The notes beneath the pieces were generated by a model. The model worked only from the letters and a program-made list of their open reading frames with translations, did not search any database and was not told where the DNA came from. A stretch of DNA of 63,870 bases, filler included, from Octopus bimaculoides (Eukaryota), in NCBI RefSeq assembly GCF_001194135.2. It is 4 parts of 4 records of this genome, joined end to end, with 100 filler letters (N's around TTAATTAATTAA, not from the genome) between each part and the next. Parts side by side here need not be neighbours in the genome. Positions count along the whole stretch, not along the records: positions 24,040 to 44,647 come from NC_068992.1; 3 more parts are not named here. One strand, given 5' to 3'. The number at the start of each line of letters is the position of its first letter. Position 1 is the stretch's first letter. This document shows positions 26,625-40,990 of this stretch, in pieces. A program made the position numbers and the translations under genes.

Positions 26625-27290
26625 ATCCGACTAGAGATCCCCAAACAAGTCTGGCATGTGAAAATATAGCTCGACGGGCTGATCACCAAGCCCCGAAGAC
26701 TTCTCTCTTATGCAGCACGTCATCGTATCTCCTATGTCTACAGTTGTTATTAGGCATTTTGCAGAACTCCAAGTTCCTGACCAGTTAAGAGGTGAAATCC
26801 ATCCCCGTCTAGGACTCAATGCGAGATCCGTACAGTTCAGCAAAATGCCACTGAAATCCCTCGCAGATCTGCTTGAATTCGAGTAGCAAACTCTCGTCCC
26901 GAACCGTCAAAAACCTAATTGTGCTCTTGTTGTCTCGTTGCACCTCTGCCACCCGGGCCCGTCGAACGGTTTTCATTCCATCGTGTCTTAGTGCAAGTGC
27001 CTCATTTCTGACAACGCATTTTTAGTTTGTTTTTTTTTGCGTGGCATTCAAGAATGAATCAAGAGCCGATCCCGCCGCCACCATGTCGGTTGCTACGCCA
27101 CTTCTAAACACCTCTTCTAGCTTTGTAACTAGTTCTCCCTCTATTCAAGATTCCTGTAACACTATTTCTTTATTAAACCCTACCGCCCATACACTAACAA
27201 CCCTTTCAGGGCTATCCATTATCGGTTGTTGACGACTGCAACCGCCAACTTCCGAAGGACTAACTTGCTAACCCGGTCTCTGAATGCTTC
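26625..27290 (-). mobile_element. Tx1/L1-like LINE remnant
   Basis: QICEGFQWHFAELYG and KSSGLGDQPVELYFHMPDLFGDL (KSPG.DGLP.E.Y-type motif upstream of RT). Confidence 0.6.
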
Positions 27291-27890
27291 ATGCACCGGA
27301 AAAGATTTTCATATATATATATATATGTATATATCAGTGAAGAATTTCACTGGAAAAATGTACATAAGGTTGCCAAGAATTTATCTCTGTCATCGCAGAT
27401 CGGTGGCTATCGGACGCTGACGAAGGGAAATAACCCTGAAACCCGGGTCCGTTTGTGCTACAGATCACGATGAGAGGGATAACTTCCCTTGGCAAAACAA
27501 ACAGGACACAGAAGTGTGTCGATAANNNNNNNNNNNNNNNNNNNNNNNNNNNNNNNNNNNNNNNNNNNNNNNNNNNNNNNNNNNNNNNNNNNNNNNNNNN
27601 NNNNNNNNNNNNNNNNNNNNNNNNNNNNNNNNNNNNNNNNNNNNNNNNNNNNNNNNNNNNNNNNNNNNNNNNNNNNNNNNNNNNNNNNNNNNNNNNNNNN
27701 NNNNNNNNNNNNNNNNNNNNNNNNNNNNNNNNNNNNNNNNNNNNNNNNNNNNNNNNNNNNNNNNNNNNNNNNNNNNNNNNNNNNNNNNNNNNNNNNNNNN
27801 NNNNNNNNNNNNNNNNNNNNNNNNNNNNNNNNNNNNNNNNNNNNNNNNNNNNNNNNNNNNNNNNNNNNNNNNNNNNNNNNNNNNNNNNNN

Positions 27891-27925
<35 letters not shown>

Positions 27926-30121
27926 GAATATATTTGTTGCAGACTGTTTATTTTCTGCTAGAGATGTATTTCTTTTATTTGGAAACAAAAGCGAATCACC
28001 TATGTACACATAACATGGATTAACATTTCATGCATTGAGACTGCATGTCAAAGTTAAGGGTTTCATTATGTAACCAAATAGGATAGTAGTTTATTCTTCT
28101 TTGCCTCAGTTTTGCAAGATGTACAAATATCACAAAAGGAGAAATTGATAGGGAAATTATCACGTGTTATGTTCTTCTCATAACACTGCTTTACTGTTGT
28201 ACGCCCACGATTTTGTCAATAAAATTGATTAGACCACATTTCATTCAGTATTAACTCTAGAAAAAAAAACATAACAGCAACTGTGGAAGATTTACATCTA
28301 AAAGCAATTAAAAGATGTAGCACTCTATAACTTCTCTATGACGCAAATCATATTGTTTCGAATCCTGGAAATAATCTGAAATAGTTTGCGAGACTAAAAT
28401 CTTTTACAGATATGGTTCGAAAAACGAATACATGAGATAAAAGGACAAATCTGCAATGTTTAATATGCCAATAAATCAAATTCTAAATCCTGGCAGACAT
28501 ACACCTTAAGTATACTGTTAAATATGTTTTGCTAAATGTTATTTTTTACACTAAAACTTCATCATGTAGTGTTGTTTTCTTTTTACCTGGCAGATAATGA
28601 AATTCCATTGGATACCAGTTCTTGATATGTTTCATAAATTTCAATAGCTATTGATTTGCGCTTATTTACAACTAGTTTTGTTAAGTCTACGATATATATT
28701 TAAGTCAATTACAGTGAATCTGCTGTGGATTTCTAAAAGCATTTGAAATGTGTAAATATAGCATGTGCTAAATATGAGAAATTAGAAAATCTTTTGAGGA
28801 ATTTATCAGGAAAACTCATGTAAGATTTATCACATTATACACACAAACACGCTCACACACCTACATATTGTATGAATTGCAACTATGCCTGTGTAAATCA
28901 ATGAATAATCTATGTCCAAATTTGTGTGCGTTTGTGTTCAGGCTTTCATATGTATGTATGTTTGGGTATGCGTTTCTATGAACAATTGTCTGTCTTAGGG
29001 AAATTCGTTTCTAATCTAATAACAATAGAACGTTGCTCGAATGTTGTGCATATATCAATGTAAAAATAATGATTTCTTTCATTGGTATAAGTTCAAAATG
29101 TTTTGTTGGAGGTATCAACCAATTATCAACGCCGTGTGTTACTGAAGAAAAGTAAAGTTGAGCTCGGTATGATTTGCAGTCAAAACATAAATCGACGTAT
29201 AACATGCACTTATTATTGTCCGCTGACATCTAATTGTATCTTAGTGACACTTTTCCCACTCGAGTACATCAAACAGCTCTCGTCTCTTCCTGTTAGAGTG
29301 AAGATGTAAAGTTAACTAGAACGAAATTTCTTAAGTTGTCAGCATTTAGTGACTATTTCATTTTTCTCATTTAAGTATTTAAAGCCTTTTCTTTATTTGA
29401 AATTTAACAAAGAAACACCAAATTTTGAGACTTCTGTGTAAGATTTGTTTTTGGCCACTTTATTCTTAAATAGGTTGGAATTTTTAATTCCCCTATATTT
29501 CAATTTCTAGTCATTACTTGAGAGTGCTATAACGTTGCCTTTTCGATCCCTTTGGAAAGAAGAATTGTGGAATATAGTTGCAGCTCTTGAAATAGCCCCT
29601 TGCCATCCTTTTGTAGTGATATATTATTTTCTAACTTCATCTTTACCGTAGCACAATAATTCCGCGGGGAAATACCTATGTATTTTTACATTTGTACAAT
29701 GAATTATCTTGCTTAGAATTAGTTGGTCGTTTACATAAGTAGTTTGTAATAATCTTGTATAAGCGTAGCTGATCAGGATTATGTTAAAAGTGAATAACTT
29801 CGGGCTTCTGTTATTTAAGAGGAAATGTCAACGGAAAAAAATGTGCTACGTTAGTTATAAAATTTACAGAGCAGTCGGATTGTATCGTTTGATATTTTAC
29901 TTCCTTGTATTAACGATATTGCTCGAGCGAGAATAAACTGAAGCTCAGGATGAACATTTTCAGAGCAATGTTGTAGAATATTGGGCTCGATATATATTAG
30001 AGAATATTTTGTTTATTTAAAATCAATTTTTAAATCATTCGTAGATGAATTTGATTGAACGGTGATTCTCGATTAAGTTATAGTACATTCTTGTAAGATC
30101 AGATGATATATATATATGTGT

Positions 30122-30205
<84 letters not shown>

Positions 30206-30565
30206 TTGACTGATCTGTCCGGAGGAAAATAGTAAGGCCACTTACTGAGCTCAATGTTTGAATAAAAATACGCAAATGTTCGCGTATTTTTGTGCATTTC
30301 CTAAATAAATGCCTGTAAGAATATGAAAGAGAAAAACTCTACATAAGATGAATGACGAGAAATTTTGAACGATGTATATATATAATTTTCAACTTTTGCG
30401 CGCAAATATGGCCATCATTTTGAGAATTTTCCTTCGCAAATACTTCGTCGTGCATGTGTATATACGTGCATGCATGTGTGCGTTAATAGATAGATAGAGA
30501 GATAGATAGATAGATAGATAGATAGAAAGAAAGACAGGCAGACAAACAGACAGACAGACAGACAA

Positions 30566-30639
<74 letters not shown>

Positions 30640-31189
30640 GCCAAAGTAAGCACATAAATGCGAAACAAGGTAGGAAAAAATACCACTGGAATAACGAATA
30701 TGCTTTATTATTATTAAAGCTTCAAAAACATCACAAAAATATGACAATAAAGAGATTATTATTATTATTATTATTATTGCTTACTTAATTACTTCCATTA
30801 CATTTATTTATCATTTTTATTATCATTGACTGTAATACGATGGTGATGACAGCTTTAATAAGCTTACTGAAAAGATTTGGGGTGGGGTAAGGCATTTAAG
30901 TTTTCTCATTTAAATTTCGTAGAAGCCAAAATCTATATCATATTATATTATTAAACTATTATATTATTGATTTTTTTCAACCCACAATTTGAAGTTGCAC
31001 TAATTTCATATTCAATATACCAGACAAAGGGTTTTAAATACACTTGTGCATATACGCTCATTTACGTATATATATATATATATGCACATATAGATTTGTC
31101 AATTCGTTTTGCAAGATTCCTGGTGTGAGATCATGTGTGAAACAGATATTGTTGTACTTCTGGATGGCCATTTTTTTTTTTTTGACACA

Positions 31190-31890
31190 TAAACATAGTG
31201 GACAAAGGAGCCAGGGTTAAGTACAAAGCCATCATAGAGAGTGATGCAAAGGGAATCTGCCCGCTATGCAGGAATAAATCCTGGAACAGCACAGAAAGAC
31301 CACTAATAAGATAAATAAGGCCAACACTTGGTATGTCTGCAAAAAATACCAGAGTGTCATGTTCGTTGATGCAACCCCTGGCGGCGAACTAGCACACCTT
31401 CTTAGAAAAACATTAAGTAAGGCTAATCTACGAATTAAAGTAGTGTAGTGGAAAGACCTGGTGCCCCTTTAAAATCCCTGATCTGCAATACCTATCCCTT
31501 TGATAAGTCACCCTATACAGAGTACAATTGTGTTGTATGTAGGATGAATACGCAGGCTAACTGTAAGTTTAAGGAATGTAGTGTATAGCTTAAGATGCTC
31601 TGAAGGACGGTGCAGAAAAATGACAACCACCTACATGGAAGAAACTGCACGCAGCATAGGAGAGCGTATAGGTGGACATTGGTGAGAGCTCAAAGAAGGG
31701 AAAAGCTCGTCAGTGCTCTACCATCATGCTCAAGCAGAACATGGAGGCTCGATTAATAACACAGTGGTTAAAGTACTATCGACACATGGAACTGACACGA
31801 CACTTAAACAGATTACAGAAGCTACACACATAACAGTAGACAGACTGAGCCTCAATAGAAAACATGAATGGAACAGTAACACCCAACACC
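31190..31890 (+). mobile_element. Penelope-like element remnant (GIY-YIG endonuclease)
   Basis: FVDATPGGELA..LRIKVV..NVVYSLRC..TYMEETARSIGERIGGH..SVLYHHA..LKQITEA..LNRKHEW. Confidence 0.75.
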
Positions 31891-32120
31891 ACCCCACATG
31901 ACTAAAGACAGTAGAGATATGAAGAGAGAAGAGGAAAAGGGAAGAGAAAAGAGAAGAAAAGGAAGAAGAAGAAAAGAGAAAGATAAGGATTTGTATTATA
32001 TATATAAGATCGNNNNNNNNNNNNNNNNNNNNNNNNNNNNNNNNNNNNNNNNNNNNNNNNNNNNNNNNNNNNNNNNNNNNNNNNNNNNNNNNNNNNNNNN
32101 NNNNNNNNNNNNNNNNNNNN

Positions 32121-32158
<38 letters not shown>

Positions 32159-33370
32159 TAATGTTATCCCGTTATCGATGCTTATTTATGTAACTACAGA
32201 TATGAAGACAAGGAGGTGCCTGAGACAAATTTGGCCCCAAATATATCTTCAAGGATAGAAACAATAGAAAAATCTTGCTACAAAACCTACACAAGGAAAG
32301 AGCGGAAGCGATATTGATACGCGCTATAAGAAAATTGTGTTCCCGTAGATACACAAAAGGTAAGCTTAAACTTTATAAAACATTCTCTTACACGTATAAC
32401 AATCAGTAAATTCATATATCAAATCATGTGTCATTGAAAGTAGAATTGGAGAAAATGTAAGAATAGTAATTTCTATAGATGGAAACCATAAACATGATTA
32501 TCTAAACTGAGATGTTATGAAGATTAAAAATAATAGACATTTCATCGGGCTAATGAAAATATCTTCCAATGACATACCTCAAAGATTAGGTAACAACAAC
32601 AAAAGAAACTCAAGCTTCGTCAGTTTTAATTTTTAAAAGGAGTGAGCATCAATAAGACTGAGTTAAAGGAAATAATATTCGCATCAACCACTAAGTTTAA
32701 GACAAGGGCGGGATGTCCCTTCTATAACGATATATAAGGCTAGGAAACAGTAAAGAAAATAAACTCATAAAAAGAGATAGGAGATGAGAGAAATGCTGAG
32801 TTTTTATTGAAGTCAATAGCAAGGCGAGACATCTGAGAAAAAGAAAACGAAGATAAAATAAATTCTTCAGTAATATATCACCGTAACAGGAACATAATCA
32901 AAAGACATCCAAAACAAGAGATCATCGCTAATTCACAAAGAATTTGTGGATAGGAAAAGCTGCAACTATTCTTTAAACATGACAAAGAGTTGGAATCCTG
33001 TCTACAACGCTTTCCTCAACTACCAATTAAAGCAAAATAAAAATCAAATCAAGATCAAAAATAAATGAAGAAGAATGGCTTTGAGGAAGAGTATCTGGAA
33101 TGTAATAACTAACTTGCACACTGCTATTGATAATCATCTGAAAGCCTCCTGATCATGAGAAGATGCCAAATTTGTTCGTTTTACGTCAGGTGAGATGTTA
33201 CTGCTCTCTAAGTCAATACAGGCCAACAACAACTTGATATCCAACCCAGAAGAAACTCTCTATCTAAGGAGACAGGGCCTTCTCTTTAGATATATTGTAT
33301 AGAAGGCGCGTTCTCTATCGCGTATGGTATCTATGGAGCGATTTTTGGTGAGGGTTTCACTTTACAAGAA

Positions 33371-33466
33371 GATTCTGAATTGCCTTGATTCTGAATTGCC
33401 TTGATTCTGAATTGCCTTGATTCTGAATTGCCTTGATTCTGAATTGCCTTGATTCTGAATTGCCTT
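33371..33466. repeat. Minisatellite, 6 x 16 bp (gattctgaattgcctt)
   Basis: Six perfect consecutive units. Confidence 0.95.
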
Positions 33467-35023
33467 GCCCTAATCATTTGATTCATGTCTGCTCCTATTT
33501 TTTTCATTTCTCTTTCTACTTGGATGTGTATTGGTATTTCTTGTTGTTGTTGCTGTTGTTATTATTGCTACTGGCGCTGTTGTTATTATTGATGCTGTTA
33601 TTGCTGATGTTGTTATTGTTATTGTTGTTGGTTTTACTACTGCTGGTGCTGTCACTGCTGTTGCTGCTGTTGCTGCAGTCGCTCCTGTTGTTGTGGTTAT
33701 TTTTGCTGCTATTGTTGTTACCGGTGATTTTGTTTGTTGTGTTGGTGCTGATGTTGTTAAAACATATTTCACTCGTTGTCCTTACAATTGCTTTTCTTGT
33801 TATTATTGTTGCTATTTTTATGTTTTCTCTCGTGCACGCATTGCTTCTGGGCGGTTGACGTATTAGAGCAAACTGGAAGTTAATTTTCTCTTGTGAAGTT
33901 GGTAGTGGTATGAGTCACTTCTGCAACCTAGTCGCTAAAACCGTTGGCATTACTGACTTCATAATTCCATCCAGAGAAAAAAAATATGAGTGCAAGGAAA
34001 ATTGATGGTGGTGGTGGCTGACTACCCTCCACCCCCTAAAAGGTATGTAATCTTTTGTGAGACCAACTACGATTGGACAAATTAGGAACATAAAATATAG
34101 TGTCATTAAACTACTGGTATTGACTAAATCAACGAGTCCCACATCACTAAAAATGGTTGTCTTCTGCCTAAATGAGAAATTATTATTTATTAGACACTCT
34201 TTGTTTTCAGTGAAATATTAGTGAAATATTCTGTTAACTTCATGATAGAGAAACAATGAAAAGTGTAAAGTTCATTTACATCCCACAGCCATCAGCAAAT
34301 GTGGATGAAGAAATGAGCAGGCTATATAAATAGTCTTGATCCGGCTGGCAATGGTCATAGTATTATAAATTATGAAGGTGATGATGAGCATGATAAGAAC
34401 GAAGTAGAGGAAGCGAGATAACATGCGAAGGTAAAAGAAGGGGGTATTAAATTAGAAAGAAATTTCGTGTATGATTCTCGATTTATCGTGATGGTCTATT
34501 TATATGTTATGTTTCTGTCTGAGAGGCTTTTGACAGCAACCAATATGTTCAGTAATCAAAGTAAGTTCATATCACGCACGTGCACAAGTTTGGATGCGCT
34601 AATTATAACTTCTTCGGCCAAAAAAGTACTTGTGTGTGATTATCATGAATGTTCGTGAATTCGTGCGTGCGTTAATGTTTATTCACCTATGTATATCGTG
34701 ACACATGAATGATGTGTTGGTGTTGTTTTCCGCTAGTCCACCTTGATAGAAAACATCCATAGTCAAAGACGTACCAGCTATAACCATCCCCACTTTTTAG
34801 GATATATGCAAATGATTTAATAATGTGTCTTTTTGATTTAGATGATGTGGCATTTAATTTAAGAAAACGTGACTACTATTTATAGCGTGTTTTGTGACTG
34901 AATATGAGTGTCTGTGTCTTTGTGTGCAGTTCCTTATAACTTGCATATACGCTGACAATCATACACTCACACATACACATAGACATACACGTGTGTGTGT
35001 ATGTGTATATGTGTGTGTGTGTG

Positions 35024-35064
<41 letters not shown>

Positions 35065-35398
35065 GTGTGTGTGTGTGTGTGTCTTAGACTTTCCCATTGT
35101 TGAACAACGTATGAAGGTTCGCAATTTCCATAGTCGCCTTCTCTCCGTAACTTCTGGGCCTTGTTTACAAATAGTATATGTAGTATTAGACATTAAAAGT
35201 ATATATTCATAAAATTTGGTTGTACTTGATTGATAAGCGTTTGGCCTAATCGAGTGAGCCATCTAAGCGTTGATATGTAGGTTTGATTCTGGCTAGGGTT
35301 AGCTCATCATTTTTCAGTCGGCTGTTTATATAAAATGACGCTTTAAATCGAAGAACATATATTATTATCATGATATATTATTACATAGTTATTATACG

Positions 35399-35451
<53 letters not shown>

Positions 35452-35869
35452 GGTATATTCGTTTCATCCATGTGGGTACTGTCATATTGGAGCATATATT
35501 TATACACACACACACACATATATATATACATATAGACATACATGTATACAGATATATTTATATGGATGGATGGAGGTTAACAACAACAGGGGACATGTTC
35601 GTATTGAATAGGAAAAGAGTCGCTGTAGGTTTTCTTTCAAACAAAACGGAAATATTTTGCAGAAAGATTAAACCGTGGCAACAGTATTCCACTATTTGAT
35701 CACGAAGGATCGTGTGAAAGAGATCTAAAGTTGTTCGATGCACCCAAGCAGCAGCGGCAGAGTGTGACAACAAAGCTAAATTTGGGTCTTACGCAGACTG
35801 TAATGGATGCATGTTATAAGACCCGAAGCAAATGTCCACAGCTTTTAAGTATTCTTTAGTCGACTCTTC

Positions 35870-37140
35870 GAGATGGAAATGCAGGCTCCATTCCAACTCT
35901 TACTTCAACAGCCTGCTGTGACTCAGCAAGAGAAAACGGTGTGTTTCGAATGGCCGATAAAATCCACGGAAATACAGGAAACAATGTTTGGCTGTACCCC
36001 TGTACAAATCGCTTTGCTTGGACGGTCATTCCGATGAGCTTTACTTTTATATGCTAGACATTTTTGAAAATATCTTGACAGATATCTACCGCAACTGGCA
36101 GCAGACGGGAAAATTCCTAATTCTCTTAGTGGAGGAGCAGTGACGTTACTGTGAAAGGACCCCACCAAAAAGGGCATCACATTCATAATTTTCTACCTAT
36201 ATCACTTTTAAATACAGATTTCAAAATTTTAGCCAAGTTATCAACGAAGGGTTTGGCGTTTATCGTCGATGACTTAATTGGCGATGCAAAAACATGCACC
36301 ATCTCTAACAGATCTATCTAGGACACCCTCCTCCTTACACGACACTTTATAGAGACGTGGAATAAAGGACCCATGTCAGTTTATTTATCCACCAAATTTG
36401 CTTGATCAATTTATATTAAGCAAAAGCTTTCGATAAAGTCAGCCACCAATACTTTGAGGCTGTTCTCAGGGTGATGTGTTTCGGTACGATTATCTATAGC
36501 TGGATTACTGTAATGATTAGGATGAATCGCTAGTTATCAGAACTATTCCATATTACACACTGTGTTTGTCCCCTTTCATCTTTTTGGTATGTGCTGAGTC
36601 TTTAGCCTATACGGCAAACACTAGAGACGTTGCGGAACATTTCACGTGAAATAGGAAGTAGAATAACTGCTGGCATATGCGAACGATTTCACCGTAATAA
36701 CGTCGGATACATCGAGATGATCGACACCATTCTAAGTGACAACAAGGCAGTGAGAGGAGCAAAGAATAGACAAAGGGCTTGAAACACGGTACCTGCATAG
36801 CCAGATACATTCCCTAAAAGTGAGTTGTGGAGCGCTAGACGTACGAACTAGTTAATAGTTTTTGTGATCTGGTTTGTTTCAGACTTACAAGTGAAGAACT
36901 GCGGAGAACAGAGAGAAGATGACAGAGTAAGGTGGCAAATGTCACCCAGAAATGGGCTGATAAATCTATACCCGAAAGACCAGACATATGTGACGAATGC
37001 ATACATTGCCTCCGTTATATATAACGGAAATGATGCATGTGTTCGTTTCATCGGGCCTAACCCAAGTGTATTTCTCACCGGACTTGAACACTTAATCTTT
37101 TGCCTTCCATAGAAGGGACGACTTCCACCCCTTAGGTGCT
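35870..37140 (+). mobile_element. Degenerate Tx1/L1-like LINE (RT region)
   Basis: DIYRNWQQTGKIPNSLSGGAVTLL*KDP, AYANDFTVI (YADD-like), VTQKWAD..NAYIASVIY, across frameshifts. Confidence 0.7.
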
Positions 37141-37559
37141 CCATTTGTTGTCAATGTCCACTGAGTGGAGGACAGGGAATACCAGGGATTATGATGCGTG
37201 GACATTAGCTGAGATAGCGACCTCGCCAACATTTCCTTGATAGTGAGCTGGTGTGGTTACTGTTTATCAAGCACAATAAAACACATCTCGTCTCTTTAAC
37301 AGAGCCGCTGTTTTTGATCAGGCATAAACGGCAGTAGGGCGTCTGATATCTTGAATGCCGTCAAGCGCTCGCAACCCACTGCTAGCCAAGCAATGCGGTC
37401 GGTGGAAGTTCCAATGTGGCTCTTCATTATGAAGTCAGTTGTTTCAATTCAAAAGTAGGTAATGCTGCAAGAATCACTGGAATAGTTCAGGTACAGGTAC
37501 AGTAGTTGCAGGTGTAAAAACACCTGTAGTTTCTGAGTTGTACCTGTTGTACATTTTGA

Positions 37560-38150
37560 TTTCAACGTCATCAACAGGAACTTAGCTTACCTTCAGAAAA
37601 TGGGTAGGAATATACGAAAACTTGGCGTTGACAACAAAATGCACCACCAAACGGAAAGCATAGTCCGTCTCTATCTGCTAAGGAAAGAAAGTAGAAGGGT
37701 ACCCAACCAACTTGAATTATCCTATAAAACAGCCACAATTGACCTGCAAAACATTTAAACAAAACCACAAATTCTATGACGATATTAGTAAAAAGGCCAC
37801 AAAAACAAGAACAAACTCTACTCCGTAAACATGAAGGTAAAGAAATACAGAAGAGAACTGCTAACAAATTGCAAATGTTCCTGACATGCTATCCACTAAG
37901 GTGGTTAAAAGTCATAGAATTATATTAAAATCTGGGCGTTTTAAAACTCTAAATGATCTATGACAAAAACTACGGCGCGACGCTGATAATGACCAATCAC
38001 AAGCCCATCAAGAATACGATGCTTGGGGTTAAAAGCCGAAACAGTGGAATTCGGCATTGTTCCCCAAAAGTAGAGTTTATTTTCAAGAAAAGATCGAGAA
38101 AAGATATTCAAGACGGAAGCAGACACAAGTGTGTATAAATAAGACGTCCA
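37560..38150 (+). mobile_element. RLE LINE remnant (post-RT region)
   Basis: MHHQTESIVRLYLLRKESRR..QLELSYKTATI resembles the H..AD..RLY.PR..GGRGL motif. Confidence 0.6.
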
Positions 38151-38324
38151 CTGCCTTTTTCTTTGTATTGTTCTAAATGTATTTTGAGGACCTTCAAGTC
38201 AATAAAGTACTATAGTTGTTGTTGTTATTATTATTGAAGACATCGTCTCCAATATTGTGATGTTGTAGATTGAAGATATTGTGTGTACCGGGATTTTGTA
38301 CTGTCTACTAAGTCACATCAAAGA

Positions 38325-39770
38325 CTTCATACAGACAGCACTTTACGCAGTATGCGTGCAGTTCCAAGTAAAGCCGATTTTTGCAATACAGTAAGATTGT
38401 AGAGCACATCTAAAGTGTCCAGATGTTGCTTCAAGTAGGGTAGCATTGACACCAATGCTCTAATAACAACAGGAACAACCTTTATGTTTGAGTTTCGTAG
38501 CTGCCACATCTTCACGATCTCAGATTTCAGGCCGCCATATTTGTCGACATTTTCTCATTCTGACATTTATTAAGCGCCGTTATTTGTCCCTCTTAAAGAC
38601 TTAAAGGCTACTATATCCATTTCAGAATAGATGCACAATAGCAGACTACAGCAACAGCCTATATGTTGATGGGTCTTCCATTCGCTCTCCGTTTGGCAAT
38701 TCTGTTGCCTCTGCAATCTGCTTTTTTCCTCTGTTTCAAAGTGAGCACGGCACACTTTGAGACCCCGAATTCTATTCCTGTATCCTTGCTGCACATCTGC
38801 ACAGTCTCAACCAGCTTCTCCATTTCAGGCTCTGTTTTTGCAAACAGTTTTAGATCATCCATGAAGAGGTGTTTGAGATTAGGTTCATTCTTCCTGAGCT
38901 TGTAGTACGCGAAAACTTTGTATAGAACTACAAAAAATGGGATCTAACCTATAATAAATAGCACAGGTGAACAAGAATCTCCATGGTAGATACCTCTTTT
39001 GGTGTTTAGCTCGGCTAAATGCTGGTTGTTGTAGAAAAGACGTGTTTTCCGATTAGGCATGTTGTTGCTGATCAGTGAACGCACATTCTCAGCAACTCCA
39101 CACATGGCGTGTGTTTCAAAAACCCACGAATGTGGAAGAATGTCACAAGCCCTTTTAAACTCCATCCAGGCCATGCATACGATTTGGGGCGGCCTTGGTA
39201 TCATTTGCAGTTCTTCATTACGATTTTATCGATTACAGAAAGGTCCTTGTTACGTTTGGATCCTTTTCGGTATCACTTTTTTTTCTACCGGGAGTAGATT
39301 TTCCACAAGGAACATATATTTTTCCTGTGAAGATGCCTGTTAACACTTCCATAAGAGGTTAAGACAAGCAATGGATCGGCAATTACCAACCTCATTGCCC
39401 TTTGACCGATCTTTCATCAACAATGTTGTCTTTCCTTCTCCAATCCACTCTGGAACTGCACCATTCTGTAGGCAATGCAAAGCAATTCGTTTGCATGTTA
39501 GCCTAAGGCACTTGAGTCAGTAGCCTTGGATTCCATCTGACCCTGCCGCTCTCCAGTTTTGATACCCGTGTAATTACATCTCCCCTTGTTATGCGTACAT
39601 GATCTTGCCTTGGAGCCTCAGGAGTTCGGGTCTCACTGTGGTTGGGGGAAACCACTTGCCTCCAGGTGTCATTCCAAATTTGGTGGGTTTCCTCTGTTCC
39701 GAGAGATATATTACCTTCTGTGTTCCATCCAAGCTCTTAAGAATCTGCCTCTGGTTATTTGTAAATAACC
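38325..39770 (-). mobile_element. Degenerate RLE (R4/Dong-like) LINE: RT and C-terminus
   Basis: MAWMEFKRACDILPHSW..GIYHGDSCSPVLF..MDDLKLFAK..GIEFGVSKCA and terminal VVPVVI..LQKSALLGTARILRKVL. Confidence 0.85.
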
Positions 39771-39959
39771 TGTTTTGATGAAACTACGATTTACGATCAG
39801 TGTAGTGTTGCACTTTCAATGTTTTGCCTAACTACGTTGTTTTAAATTTTCGAGAACAGTTTTGATCCCTTTCTTTTCTATAGGGTATTTTGTTTCAAGA
39901 TATGTCTTCGCACCTCCTTTAGAATGTTTCCATTGTCTTCGTTGTTGTTGTTAAGTCGG

Positions 39960-40380
39960 CGTGCTGGCAGAATCGTTACCACTCTGGGCAAAATACTTAG
40001 CGGCATTTTGTCCATCTTATGAAGTTCAAATTCCGCTATGGTAGACTTGACCTTTCATCCTTTTAAGGTCGACTAAGTACCAGTTGACCACTGAAACCGA
40101 TGTAATCGACTTTACGCCTATCCAAAATTTACGGCTTTTATGCCAAAATTTGAAACCATAATTATAATACAGGTGGTGAGCTGGCAGAATCATAAACACG
40201 CCAGACAAAATGCTTAGCGGCATTTCTCCCGTCTTTATGTTCTGAGATCAAATGTTGCCGAGGTCAACTTGGCCTTTGATTCCTCGGTGCCGATAAAGTA
40301 ATTATCAGTCAAGTACTAGAGACAATGTAACTGACTTGCCCCTTCCCCCAAAATTTCAGGCCTCGTGCCTATAGTACAAG
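39960..40380 (+). mobile_element. Two tandem SINE copies (family of the 430-2640 array)
   Basis: Two gctggcagaatc.. cores in tandem. Confidence 0.8.
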
Positions 40381-40789
40381 AGACTTTTAATATCATTATT
40401 GTTGTTGTTTTTCTTTGTTTTTGTTGTTGTTGTTCTTCTTGTTCTTGTCATAGCTGAATGTGATTTAGGAACAGTGTTAATCTATAACTTTTCTCATCTC
40501 TGGAGGGCTAGACTTGTTAATTTTATAATTGTATCTTACTAAACTGACCAGCACAAAATATTGAAAGTTCTGAGGCGAGTTCGGAGGTGATAATAAAAAA
40601 TTTGTAGTGATTGTGAAGACTCTAGTTGAGTGCTCCTCGTGATTAAAAGTGTGGAGTGATTATGTTTCCTTAATATGAATAGCATTTCTGCATTGTTGTT
40701 GTTTGAACGACGGGAAATTGACATATTGCTGTTACTTTTTAAGTCTCTGTTCACCGAGTCAGTGCAGGTTTAACATTCTGTATCTAGTT

Positions 40790-40990
40790 TACGAGTGGAA
40801 GGCTACGGAAGAATAAAGGGCAATGTCGTCTACGGAAGTACGTATCGGTTGGTTATGGTAGAAAGTTAAGATTGCGGGAGATAAAACCGAACCCTGGTGT
40901 ATACCAGAGTTGATACGACAGATGGAAAAGCCTTCTGATTGAAACTTATCGAGTCAAGAAATGTGGAAGTCAAGACTCTATGGGCGAGCA
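40790..40990 (-). mobile_element. LINE reverse transcriptase fragment
   Basis: INSGIHQGSVLSPAILTFY..TSVDDIALY matches RT motifs (GVPQGS.LSP, ADD). Confidence 0.7.

Noticed and set aside
33371-33466. Regular repeat that could suggest a CRISPR array
   Set aside because: Contiguous 16-mers with no spacers in eukaryotic DNA; a minisatellite.
33433-33866. Overlapping poly-L/V/T/A ORFs
   Set aside because: Degenerate trinucleotide repeat with no splice or homology support.
36864-37112. 82-aa plus ORF with a good acceptor
   Set aside because: NAYIASVIY and the adjacent frame match the surrounding Tx1/L1-like RT remnant.
40539-40754. Possible Wnt2 exon 1 ending TG|GTCAGT
   Set aside because: No hydrophobic signal peptide and it adjoins a LINE RT fragment.
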